From: Moniliella sp. 'wahieum'
Lineage: Eukaryota
Assembly (NCBI GenBank): GCA_003971905.1
Contig: RSEE01000008.1
Location: 1,054,001-1,118,000 of the forward strand
DNA length: 64,000 nt
Direction of reading: 5' to 3'
Shown here: one piece after another, positions 24,248 through 36,202 of the stretch
Numbering within the stretch: the stretch's first letter is position 1
How the letters are laid out: each line of letters begins with the position of its first letter
Notes under the pieces: model-generated
The model's database searches: none
The model's input: the letters and a program-made list of their open reading frames with translations, nothing else
Told to the model about the DNA's origin: nothing
Translations under genes and position numbers: made by a program

Positions 24248-25284
24248 TTTTGTTTTTATTGGACTGGGAGGGACTCTTCCCTGAGCTGGCATGCTCGAAA
24301 CCATCAAGACCCACATCATGCTGATATTGACGCCCTGACTGTTCGTACCCTCACCGCCTCACCATCTCACCAACCGAAGTTCCATCGCTCCAGGTGCCCA
24401 CCCATCCCGACTCATGCTTCAAAGTAACGCCTGCCCCTCCGTCGATCCTCCAGGTACTACATACTTCCCATCCCATCCCACGCGCGAGATCTACCCATGG
24501 CCAACGCGAACTGAATCCGATCCCATCCTCCGACGGGTCCCAAACAAATTCATAGCACATGCAGAATACAGTTGGAGCGCACGAACAATGACGCAAAAGG
24601 TAATACTAACGCAGCACAAGGGGGTGGGTGTACGGGGGGGAGTGTGACCTTACTGCGGTACGACAAGGCCAGGGGGAAGGGGGGAAATGGGGCAGGGGGA
24701 GACCACCGGCAGAGCGGGAGGGACGTCGGAGGAAGAGCCAGAGGCATGCAACCGACCGTACCCCCACGCCGGCAGGGCATCCTGCTAACGGCCGCAAGGC
24801 GCCAGGTGAGCGACCCATCCGTCGTCGTCGCCTCCCTCACCGGCATAGTTGGGCTACCTTGGGCTCCAAGGCCGCACCCGCCTCCCCCCGCCGGACCGAG
24901 CGCACGTCAAGTCAACACACAAATACGAGGCAAAATAAGCGCCTAGCCAGGTACCAGCTGGCCAGGGCGAAACAGAGCGAGGGCGGGGGACAAAGTGCCC
25001 CGACAAGGCCAACTGAAGGCGAGGGGGCAAACTGAAGGCCACACTCACACTGTGGGGTAGCGCAAAAAGAACTAAAAAAGAGAACCAAAGGGAGAAAAGG
25101 AGTGCCCAAGCCAAAGCCAAAGCCAAAGCCAAAACCAAAGGACCGCAGCGGTTACTGCTCCATCGGCTCGGGGGGATAGATCGGCGTAGCGTGGGGATGG
25201 GTGGCGGAGCGGGCGGCGGCGCGGCAGGCTCGCTGCTCGCTGGCCCAGGAGCGCGATAAAGCGAGTTGGGCGCATAGACCGGAG

Positions 25285-28200
25285 CTAAAATTTGCTCGGG
25301 CGAGCGAGGCGGGGGGCGTCCGCCGGCCGATCGGGCGGGTGCATGAGTGAGGTGGAGGCGGGAGCGTGCACCTGCGCGTGCGCGTGCACCTGCGTAGCAG
25401 GCTCGGGCGGGGGCGCATGATCCGCGTCCAACGTGCCGGGGCGGGGCGGCGCCTGCGCCTGCGCGTGGGCCTGCGAGGCAGACCGAACGTGCGGGTTGCG
25501 TGCGGGCGGGAGGACGAGGGGGAAGTGGGAGGCGTGGTCTTGTTGTTGGCTCTCAATGGTGGCCAAGAGCGCGGTGGCATGGGCCTGTTCCACACCGTGC
25601 ATCGCAGCCAGCGAGACGGGCGCCGTGATGGGCGCAGCATGGGCGGGCAAGCCGGAGGCAGAGGGGACGCCGCTAGGCAGCACGCCTCCTGCCGAGTGCG
25701 GAGCGTCAGGGCCAAGCGGAGAGAACGGCCCGCCGGGGGCAGACGAGGTGGCAAAGGGGCTGGGAGAAAAGAGCAGCAAGCCCAGTCCCGGCGTTTGCGA
25801 ACCAGGCCCCGCCTCCCGCGCCGACGTCGCCGCCGATCCGTCCGATTGACTCCCAGGCGGCGGCATGCTGCCCGCGCCCGCGCCCGCGTCCGCTGGCGGC
25901 TGCGACGCCCCCGAGGCATAGCCAAAGGAGGGCGGCGGCGGAACGGGCGCCGAAGGGCCGCTGGGCGCAAGCGAGGGGGGAAGGGGCATGTGCGCCGACG
26001 TATAGTCCGGGCCTGCAGGTCCGTTCCGATCGACATCACCCGACGCTGCCTCCTCGTCCATGACCACATCCCAATCGGAGCTGGGCACGTACTCGGCCGA
26101 AGCGGGCTCGGGTTCCAGACCGCTCGGCGGTTGGGACGGAGGCAGGGGGTGCTTGCCGCTGCCCGCGTGGGCGGCCAAGACGCCAGGCGCAATCGGAGGC
26201 AACGTGGGCTCGGGCTCATCAATCTGCACATGCACCGTGGTCTGCAGCTGGTTCACCCCATTAAACAAGTAGTAGCCTACGACTTTGATCGTGTTGGCCA
26301 CATCGGCCGAAGGCGGGTGCCAAGCAGCACGGGCGCCTCCACGTCGCCCCCGAGCTGCAACCAGGCAGGCAGAACCGGCACGACATATACCGCGCGAATG
26401 TCCCGCGACGGCAGCTGCGGATCCCACACACGCAACGGCCACGACCATTCGACGCCAACCGTAGCGCGCGTCGGCGCGGCCGCAATCCGTCGCCGGAACG
26501 CACGAAAGTCCCACACCCCTTCCACGGGCGTGTTTGCGACGCAGCCGCTTCCTCGGGCTTGCGCCGGCGCGCGTCAAGGCGCCAAATGTTGTTGCCACGC
26601 GATTTGGCCTTGCGGCCATCCTCGTTGAAACGGGCAATCCAACGGTGGTGCCACAAGTACTGCTTCACCTGGCGCACCGACGGCATCCCGCCACTCGCAC
26701 TCGCCTCGTTCGGCTCCAGACCGGCAAAGGCAGACTGCAGCGCGGCTTGAAAGCCTTCTTGGAACGCTTGGATGCGCAGCTGAAACGGACGCCACACGCC
26801 CACTTGGTCCATGCGCGCCATACGCTTGGGGGCCAACAACTGGTGAATTGGGTCGCCGTTGGGACCGACCATTTCCACTGCAACAATGCACGAGACCCAA
26901 GTCAGCACGCTACCGTTCCGTCACAGAACGATGGGGGGGGGGGGGGGGGGGCAACGTACAATCGGAACACAAGCGTTGCAAGAACTGCCACAGGACCGAG
27001 TCCAGTCGAGAGCGCAGGACGGGATCCATCGTGGTCCGGTACTCGGGCTCGGTATCGTTTCCCACCGCCAGGCCGCCCGTGACCACGCCTTGGGCGACAA
27101 CCGAAGACAGTTGTGCCACGTTTTTCTCGTACGCGTCACGGTCGGGCCCATCCGCCGTGGGCGGTGGGATGAGATGAGCAAGGATGGGGAGAGGGGGTAA
27201 GGCAGTCGCCGTCGGTTCCGTCGGCTCGGTCGGGATGGGGTCGGTCACATCGGGATTGGGTGCGTCGAGCAAAGCAGGGGAAGGGGCTAGGGGCATCAAG
27301 TGGAGCAAAGGAGGCGCGAGGGAAAGATGATTTGTATCGGTAACAAAAGAAGGTGTGGACGATCCTGAGGGCGCGCGTGAGTGCACGTTGGATATGGACG
27401 CAGACAGACTGCGATAATGACCGACCGCAGGCAACCCCGCCATCGAGTTGGACAGCAACAGCGAAGATTCCGAATCTCCCGGTCCGCCGCCCACCAGCGG
27501 TTCGTCCGAGTCCGAGTCCGAGTCAATTTCTTCCGCTTCCCCCCAAGCGTGAATCGAGTCACTGGGTTCGCACACAAACTCTGACGACAACGAGGAACCA
27601 GCCGCTGTTGTACGCCGCTGGGACAAGACTGATGAAACGGGCTTTGCAACGCCGCTCCAGCTGGCCAGGTGGAAGTGGTCGCGTCTGGCAGGGAGGAGAC
27701 GGAGGTGTCGGCCATGCCAGGGACCAAGGAGATGGCAGAATCGCCCGCATGGCCGTTCCCGCTCTCTCCCGATTCCGACGCGCGGTGCAGCTGGGAGGTC
27801 TGGTTGAGAAACTCGGCCATTTGCGCCAACGAAGGCGGATGTGATCCCATGCTCGGCGGACCCGATGCATTCGGTGTGAACCGATGGGCGGGGGTCTGCG
27901 AGGGAGGGCTGTTGGGAAGCGAGGGTGCAAAGTTAAATGTCTGAGCAGACGACGGCGGGTAGATGGTGCCCGACGGTGTCTGCTGACCTGCGGTGGACAC
28001 CGGCGTGGAGGTAGGCGCCCCATGGTGCGGGGCGGGAGACGGGTTGTGGGAGCCCGGTACCGATGGATGGGAAGGCAAGCCATGGCCTTGAGGGAAACCA
28101 GACTGAGGGGTGGGACGAAACCACAGTAGACTGGGACGAATCCGTTGGCAAGGAGGGACGATCAGTAGAGTTCCCAGGCGGCCCAGAGGATGCGGGCTCC

Positions 28201-29479
28201 TGTGCTGCCACCGACGGAGGGTGGGGCGTTAATTGCGCCGGCGTAAGCTGCTGGGATGAGTGCTGATGTTGTTGAGGTTGATGAGCAGGCTTCTCCCCTC
28301 AGATAGCATGTCACGTAATGCCCGAGCGGCCGCGGCATGGTCCTCCCCTAGCGGCGGCGGCGGCTGGTCCAACATGATCTCACGGGCTTGGTTGATGAAC
28401 TGGGCCAGCTGGGCAAGAGAGTGAGTTACTTGGTCCATACTGTGCTTGGCCAAGCTTTGGCGGGTAGTCATCGCGGCCATAGCTAGGCTGTCGAGGAGAG
28501 AAGAGAGACGACTCTGGATTTCTGCTGGAAGGGTGCAGGTCCAGGGAGGTGCGCTGGGCCCAGCGGCGGCGGGGGAGAGGAGACAGGCAGGACAGGGGGG
28601 ACAGTTCTGTTGCTGCTGTCTCAGGCGAGCGGACGGGGGCGCCAAGCGAGGATGTCGGGAGCGAGTGAGAGGGGGTAGGGAAGGAGGATGTGGAGGCGGC
28701 ACTGCTGGTTCCGGTGGCGTTTTGACTGGAAACGAGGGGAGCAAAGGGTAAGGCAGTGGGGAATTGCAGAGGCGTGAGAAGGGCGGCCTGGGTCGGAGGC
28801 GGGGCAAACGACTGCGCCTGAGCCTGGGACTGAGGGTGGGGGGAAGCCTGATGGCCATTGGGGGAGAGCCCATCGGGATGAGCAGAGGCATTGGCCGCGG
28901 CAAATGACGCAGCATACCCGTAATCCAGATCCATGGCGGAGGAGGCCTGCTGGCCCAACCCGGCGGGGAGGACGGGGCCAGAGTGGGTGGGGCTGATGGT
29001 TGAGGGGCTGAGGGCGCCGGACTCGGCAGGAGGGAATGTGGTGATGACGGCAGCGAGGGACGGGTGGTGGCCGGTGGCGGGCGGACCGGGGGCGGGAAGG
29101 GAGAAGGTGGGGGGGGCAGCGGGGGCAGACGAGGCAGCAGCGGCAACGGCAGCGGCAGCGGCAGCGGCAGCGGCAGGAGGCGCATAGACGGCGGCCTGCT
29201 GGCGGCGCTGTTCGCGGAGGGTGTCGGTGGTGGCACGGTGCTGGAGCGGCGGCGGCGGCGCTTGTCGTTGAGCGAGTGGCTGCGCTGGGGGCCGGCATGG
29301 GAGGGGGTGGGGGGGGTGGGCGTCGGTAGTGGGTGCGGGGAGTCGGTGGGGGCATGGGGGGGCGATGGCGACGGCGCAGCATAGACCGCCAGCCGAGGTG
29401 GGAAGGGCAGTGGACGGAGGCTCGGCAGAGGTGGGCGCAGCGGGCGCGGCGGGGCGGCGGGCGTGGCGGGCATGGCCAT
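25285..29479 (-). CDS. Large conserved fungal protein of unknown function: low-complexity N-terminus, conserved basic core, C-terminal He_PIG/Ig-like segment
   Basis: Core LWQFLQRLCSD, intron 26959-26878, LEMVGPNGDPIHQLLAPKRM...RPFQLRIQAF...YLWHHRWIARFNEDGRKAKSRGNNIW...WDFRAFRRRI...RVWDPQ...LPAWLQL. Many frameshifts. Confidence 0.7.
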
Positions 29480-32400
29480 CGGGCCCGGGGAGAGAGGGGG
29501 GATGGGTGGGGGGAGGAGGAGGGTGTTTGGTTATAGGAAGACGCCCGCCCGCGTGGCTGAGCCGCGACGCAGACGAGGTGCTGGCGTGCGGGGGCTGGCC
29601 CCGTGCTGGGTGTGCTAGATCATTGTTTTCATGGGTCATCGATCCGCAGTCACTAGTCACGCATCACATGTGCCCTCTGGCCAGGCACGCCAGGGCAGCG
29701 TCAGCGCATCAGCCATCGATCGCAAGCCGCGTGCGTCGCGTCTGGCCTGCCTGCTGGCCATCATGCATCATGCATCACCCCATCACCAGCATCACCGCAC
29801 CACTCTGTCCATGTCAGCACGGTTCAATATCCAGCTGAACGTCGGAACGTTCACACGGTCACACGGTCACTGGTACAGTCACTCGATTCGGCACCATCCA
29901 GTCCTGCCTCTTTTCGTGTGTTCGCCCGTCGATATTTCCATCCCACACTCTGTCTTTCCCCGCCCCCCTGCCCCCCCTGCCCCAGGCTACTCCCCTCGGC
30001 CGCAGCCAACCCTGTGGCCGGTGTCCCTGTGTCTCAGCTGTGGCCGGTTGCCGATTGCCGATTTCCAATTGCCACCTGTCACTTGCCACTTGCCGGTTAC
30101 CGCCCTAGTGCATAGCAGCACAGGCACCCCTGCCCAAGCCAATCCCGGCAGATTTTCTCAGCCTCGCGTGCCATGTCCCAGCTTCGACCGTCGGTGCAAC
30201 CAACAATTCCCACGGCCGGTAGAGGATCGGTGCAGCTCAAGGAAGAAAACTCCAGCCAGGCACACCCTCCCGCTTCCGCCCTGCCTGCCTGTCCAACAGA
30301 AAGCCTCCAGGGCCTGAAGCTTCACGTAACAAGGCGTACCCGCGCAACCAACCAGTAACCTCCTCTGCCGCTCGCGTGAAACAGACGGCCAAACAGCGCC
30401 AGACAGCACCTCCTGCCATCCTCAGCCGACAGGATCGATCCCACATCAGGCACCCATGCATCATGCATCATGCATGGCATCCGGGTCGTGCCATGCTCAA
30501 ACGGCTGCAATTTCAATTTCGCCTTTCTTCTGCCGCCCCACACTGCTCCCGTGGCAGGTTACCGGTTATTAGATTGGTCCTACAGGCAACCCTAGTATGA
30601 CAGGTGGCATGTGACATGTGATTAGTCAGTCCGCACTTGGCCGCTCCCGGCTTTCCACATCCAGTCTCAGCACCTCGTATCAGTTTCATAATTTCATAGC
30701 TAGCTAGTAATTTAAAGCGGCACGCGTAACGCGTAACCCTCTGTAAAAGTTGTGGCTGCGTGGCTTTTCACCAATTTCACCAAAAGGGCGTGCATGTCAC
30801 ATCTCTGAGGCCTGCCCTGGGGGCTCAGCCTGAGCGCCTGAGCCTCAGGCGTGACTGAGATCTGAGAATCTGAAGGCAACAGCGACTAGTGACTACCTGC
30901 TAAGTGGCTAGCAACTAGATGTGACATGCGACATGGACATGGACATGAACATGTGACATGTGACCAGCGTGATACGGGTGACGACCAACGGAGTGGAAAA
31001 CGTGCCCAGTGTCACGGGCTGCGGCGGACCCAAGATGGTCCGACCCAAGCTAAGGCCTGCCTGCTCCGCACATGTCCAGTAGAGCGTGCACCGCAGGCCA
31101 ACCAAGTGTGATGACGGTTGGCTAAATAAAGTACCGTGGCCCGAAGGGTCATGCTCCGTGCGACAATAGTCGTCCCCCGCCCAAGTCCAAGTCGGCCGGC
31201 CTAAATAAGGCCACCGAGCTTCCAGTGCCGTGGCGACGACTGTCGCCCCGTCCCCGTTTCCTTTTCCTTTCTCGGTCGCGCCTGCGGCGACCAACCCCGG
31301 TTTTTTGGCATGTCTTCCTTTCTACACCCCCTCTTGTATCCGTTTCCCTTTGATCCTGCCTGTACCCTGGTTGATGGGGATCTTTTCCCCCACCTTCCAT
31401 TCTCGTCCTCTCGTCTCCACTTTCGTCCCTTTCCCGCCTGTCCTGTCCGACTCCTGCCCGTTTTCCAGCCAATTGATCCAGTACAGGCAGCTCCTCTAGT
31501 TGTTAGCGTCCGACATCTCCTCCGACCTCGTCCTCCAGCCCTTCGTCAGTCCAATCGCGCGAGCCCTCCTTCGGTCGCGGCGATTCCCAGTCTCAGTTGA
31601 GGCAGTGTTTGTCCCCCTCTGCCTCCTCCCGTCCCTAAGTCCCGGAGGCTTCAGACACGTTACTACGGCCCAAGCCGGTGCAGACAGCCTTGCCACACAC
31701 GTGCAGCCGCCCCACCAAAGGCCTCTCCTCGTCCCTAGCTCCGCTCGGACACACCAACCAGCCTAATCCCGAAACTACCGTGAGTCGACCTACCGTCGCC
31801 TAAGGGATTGTACCCCAAAAAATCCCAGGGCGGGCCCCTGGCGGCGCCCGCCCGTGACACCCAGGTCGCATTAGGGATGCTCGATGCCAAGAGATCTGAG
31901 ATGAGATCGATGAGATCTGATATGATGGCTTTTTTCTCGTCCGTGCACGGTATTGCCGGTTGGCAGGGGAGAGATACACCGGGGAGAGCACGATGGTCAA
32001 CACTGGGTACTGGAAGGGAATGGTGTGACCAAGGTGACTGTCGCTCGTGAGGCATGGTTGGGCCCTTTTCTTTTCTTTTCGGCAAAACATGATGGAATGG
32101 CGCTCGCAAAGATCAGTAGACTCGCCCAAGTTCAGAGATCGAACACAATGGTCTGAGCGCCAAAACGCGTCAACGCGTCCACGTGATGGTCAACGTTCAA
32201 CCGTGACGTGGCGTGTATAAAATCAGTCCATGAACTTGGAATAGGTCCAGGTCCATGCTTGTTGGACGACTGTAACATCGTTGTTTAGCGTGGGCGGTTT
32301 CCTTTGTATGCGTCATGGTCTGAATCTCATGTCCAGCCCATTGTGCTACGTTGAATTGCAGTACTGAAGGAAAGGAAAATACGTGGAGACGGAAAATGGC

Positions 32401-33067
32401 AATAAAAGGAGAAGAGCATTGCCGAGAGGAGACCACAGAGGAGAGGGGGCGTCACAGCGGATAAGAGGGGTGAGATATGCTTTCCACGCACGATGGCGTG
32501 TTTGGGGCATCCCCCCAACATATACGCAGTTAGGACAATCGTTCACCCTTCTGAAGATTCTGGCACATCCTCTGATGGGTTTTGTGCCTACGCCTAACGA
32601 GGCTCTCAAAAGTGCAGATGAAGGTACTTAAGGACAAGCAAGTGATGAGGCATGAGAGGATTCAGCGCTCGGGTTGCATTTGGGTCGTTGCTCTTAAAAG
32701 GGGTTCTCTCCTTTTTGTGTAAGTTTTCAACGTAACAGTGGGTGTGCGAACAACGCGGTTCGTCTTATTACCGGATACGTTCTGGTCGCCTCTACCTTTT
32801 CTTAGAAAGTGATCGTCGAGGATGAGGTCTGAGGAGTGATTAATGACCCGATAGCAGCAACAGCTACCGACAGATCTGGTTCTCCGTCCTCGTATACCGT
32901 CATATCATGTACCGTGTGAAGCAGTACCACGGTGCGTGAGTGATTGATTTGAGCTTCAACACTAGTAGTAGCCGCGGCGGCATTATGAGATCTGATGTGC
33001 GTCATCATCATCGGATGCATCATTGTCATCTCCCCCTCCCCCTCCATCCCAACCATTCTTCGCGCTC

Positions 33068-33180
33068 ATGATGTGTGTGTAATCCACTGAGTCGGCACCC
33101 TCTTATGATGTGTGTGTAATCCACTGAGTCGGCACCCTCGTATGATGTGTGTGTAATCCACTGAGTCGGCACCCTCGTAT
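33068..33180. repeat. 3 x 37-bp tandem minisatellite
   Basis: ATGATGTGTGTGTAATCCACTGAGTCGGCACCCTC(T/G)T starting at 33068, 33105 and 33142. Confidence 0.97.
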
Positions 33181-34155
33181 ACATCGGGGGGTGTGGGCAC
33201 GTTTTGACGGCAGTTACTATCCGCTGTTGGTTAGTATCACTTAATTCCCTTTGTATACTATGCATGATGGCATCATGGGGGCTCTCAACCACTTTTCAGT
33301 TTGGCTACAGCTGCTCGACCCGACAGCTTATAGCGTGTGCGCACCGAATCGGGTGGCAAGCCAACGGCGCAACCAAACTTCCGGTCGCAAAGAGCAATGT
33401 CGGAAAGGAACCTTGGGAGATTGCAAGGGAGGGTGAGGCATGAGGAGCTAGACACCAACCGAGGCGTGACACGGGAACCAACAGGGGAGCGACACAAATA
33501 GGAGCAGGAGGAGCGGGTGGGGGGGGCAGGGAGAGGCAGAGAAACAGATACGGATATACCTTCCGACTCCAAGTGATCTCCCTGAGTGGGATCGATATGG
33601 CAGCACACGTAGAAGATATTAGCTGCAACACGAAAACATGGAATGAAGGGTGCAGGGGTGAAGACGCGTTTCACTCGTCCGGCGGGGACTGGGCCACACG
33701 CCCTTGTCCACAAACGAGTAGTTGCCCCCACGCACCACCAGCGCAATCCAATCGTACGGCGGGGGTGAGGTGGGGGGGGAAAGAAGGGAGGATCATCGGG
33801 GAGGGGCGCATGCCGAGCAGTGCAAGGTAGGCGCGGGCGTGTTGCGAGGCGGAGGGGTGTGCTATAAGGGGTGGGTGGGTTACTGAGACGGCCATTTGAA
33901 TTGCAAGCGCCCTGGGCCGGGTGGCGGCTGCACACACTTCAATTGAGACCAAATGGCATTCCAAGCTCCATCGCCATCCATATAGCCTCCTATAGCCCGG
34001 ATGAATCGTAGTCGCTGGAGGGTCCATGATCGAGTATCGATTACCTCCAAATGTGGAATCATCTGTCATCCGGCCTTCTGTGTGTCCATCCATATCCGCA
34101 CCCCGCTGTCTTCCGTGTTTTCCATGCGAGCCAAAGGTAGCCGATGGCGTCCATA

Positions 34156-35117
34156 TTACAGCTCGTCATGCGCCGTCTCGAGAACGGCATCCTCCTTTTC
34201 CTTCTCCTTCTCGGCCCGCGCCTTGCGCCTCGGCCTTTTCTCGCGCGGCCACATTCTGCAGCGATTTCGCCAGTCGTTCATCCACTGCCGCATGCAGCAC
34301 ATTCAGCTTGCGCGTAATGTCGTCCAACTTGCTGCCTGCCACATTCTTGCTGTTCAGCAGCATCTTCTCCAGCCGTCCCGTCTCCTTGGCCAGCCAAGCA
34401 TCCGATTCGGAAAACTTGCGAAACACGCGCTCGTAGTACCGCGCCGCCGCTGCCTTGGCCGTGCTGCTGGTCAACTGCCTGGCCTCTGCCTTGGCCAACA
34501 GATCGCGAATGTAATTGTAAGCTTTGCCCTTGATTTGGTCCAGCGCCTCCTCTGCCCCCTCGGCGCTTTGGCGCGAGGTGGTGACATAGTTGTTCAACAG
34601 CCGATCCAGCGCTGGCATTCGCCCTGCCAACACCGCCAGGCTCCCGCCCGCGACGCGAAACGTGCCGGCCTGGGTATTGATAAACTTGATGAGCTCCTCC
34701 TCGGTTCGCTCCCCGCGGTACGGAAGTGGGGTTTTGCGCGTTACGCCTTCGGTTCGCTGGGTGGGCGTCAAGGCAGGGAACCAGAGAAGGGTAGGGAAGC
34801 CCATGACATCGTACTTTTGTGCCAGCTCGGGATATTGGTCGCCATTTACCTGCGCTACCACCACCTCGGCTTCCCTCTCAAACGCGATCGCCGTCTTGTC
34901 GTACTCGGGCGCCAACGCGCGGCAGTGGCCACACCACGGCGCAAAAAATTCCACCCAGCGTACTCGTCTCGGGATTGCCCACCACCGCGTCAAACGTCTC
35001 GGGGGTCAGCTGGTGCGCATGAGACGCATGCGCCTCGCTCGATTCCGATGCCAGCACGGCGCTCACGCCGAACAGCGCCCAGGCCACAAGCAGGACAGTG
35101 GAGATGGACACGCGCAT
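34156..35117 (-). CDS. ER protein disulfide isomerase, ERp38/TigA-like (thioredoxin + ERp29 C-terminal domain), HDEL
   Basis: Signal peptide MRVSISTVLLVAWALFGVSAVLA; VEFFAPWCGHC; GFPTLLWFP; YYERVFRK...ETGRLEKML...KLDDITRKLNVL; ends AHDEL* (TAA 34158-34156) after a frameshift. Confidence 0.92.
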
Positions 35118-36202
35118 ATTGTTGGCAAGGTGACCGACGTGGGGATCACCCTGTGGCCCTCCGTTTCCTGGTCGCCAGGAGGGGGCAACGTGGCGTATCC
35201 GATTCACCGGCCAAGGAGCGGTAGGGTTGCCCAACCCTAGCACTGCACCATAAACGTAACGTTGAACTGCAAGCTTCAACCTACAAGCTTCAACGTTCAA
35301 CACAGCCAGCACTGGGAGCTCTGCAATGGGATCCGAGACCGAGGGCTGAAGAAACTAGCAACAACAAGCGGTGGGGCCGTCGACGACCAATGTGATCGAC
35401 GTCCATCATTTGCCTTGCCCGCTTCGTGTGGAAATGAGTGCGCAACACGGACACAACGTGGGCACCACATAATAGGAGACACTGAGAGGGAGGATACACC
35501 GAGGGAAGACCTTCAAGCTTCAAGCTTCAATGTTTCGTTGTCGACGTCCCTCTTCCTTCGGCTTTTTATCTCCGGAGAGAGAACCTTGGCTTGTTTGAAC
35601 GATTAATGAACAGTAATAGAGTTCTGGGGAACATACTTTGCGAGTGGCGCCACACGCATGCCCCCTGGCGCTCGGCTTTTCGCCCGTCCGCCCGCCGCTA
35701 CGACCGTATTGGAGGGCCAAAACGTAAAACCTGTTCGCGTTAGACGGAGGAGCCAGGGCTCTAGCTGCCCACGGGCGGGGGTGATGGCGGGTGTGGTGCG
35801 GTGGCGGCGGCGGGAAGCAACGCGGCTAAGCCGAGCTAGCCGACGAAGGGGCGCGTTGTGGGCGCAGCCACAGCACAACCCCCCCTCTGCGGTGTCTTTT
35901 CGTATTCTGGTGTTCCACCGCGATCCAATCCACGCCCCTTCATCCTTCCTCTTCCTTCACCCACTCGGCATAGCCTCAGCCCGTCCGCTGACCCCTGTTG
36001 CCCTGTCCTGCCCCGGCCCGCCCGGGGGACAGGGTACGCGTGGAACAGGGCACCACATCAGTCTGCTATCCGTGGATACCCACCGAGCCCTTTTGGCGGG
36101 GTGCATGGCTAGATTTCCTACTTAACCTCCCGATCTCTACTCTTGCTTTCCCTCCTCTCCCCTTCCTTCCTTTTCCCTCTCATCGCCCGTGAGCCCATCA
36201 GC

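Noticed and set aside
26933..26951. Poly-G run as a functional G-quadruplex
   Set aside because: Intronic homopolymer of unreliable length; similar runs are common across the window.
32085..32835. Possible C/D-box snoRNAs (ATGATG...CTGA, GTGATGA...CTGA)
   Set aside because: Boxes are imperfect or far apart, and I could not recognise terminal stems or rRNA guide sequences.
33068..33180. 37-bp repeats as a CRISPR array
   Set aside because: Units are directly adjacent with no spacers, there are no cas genes, and the context is eukaryotic.
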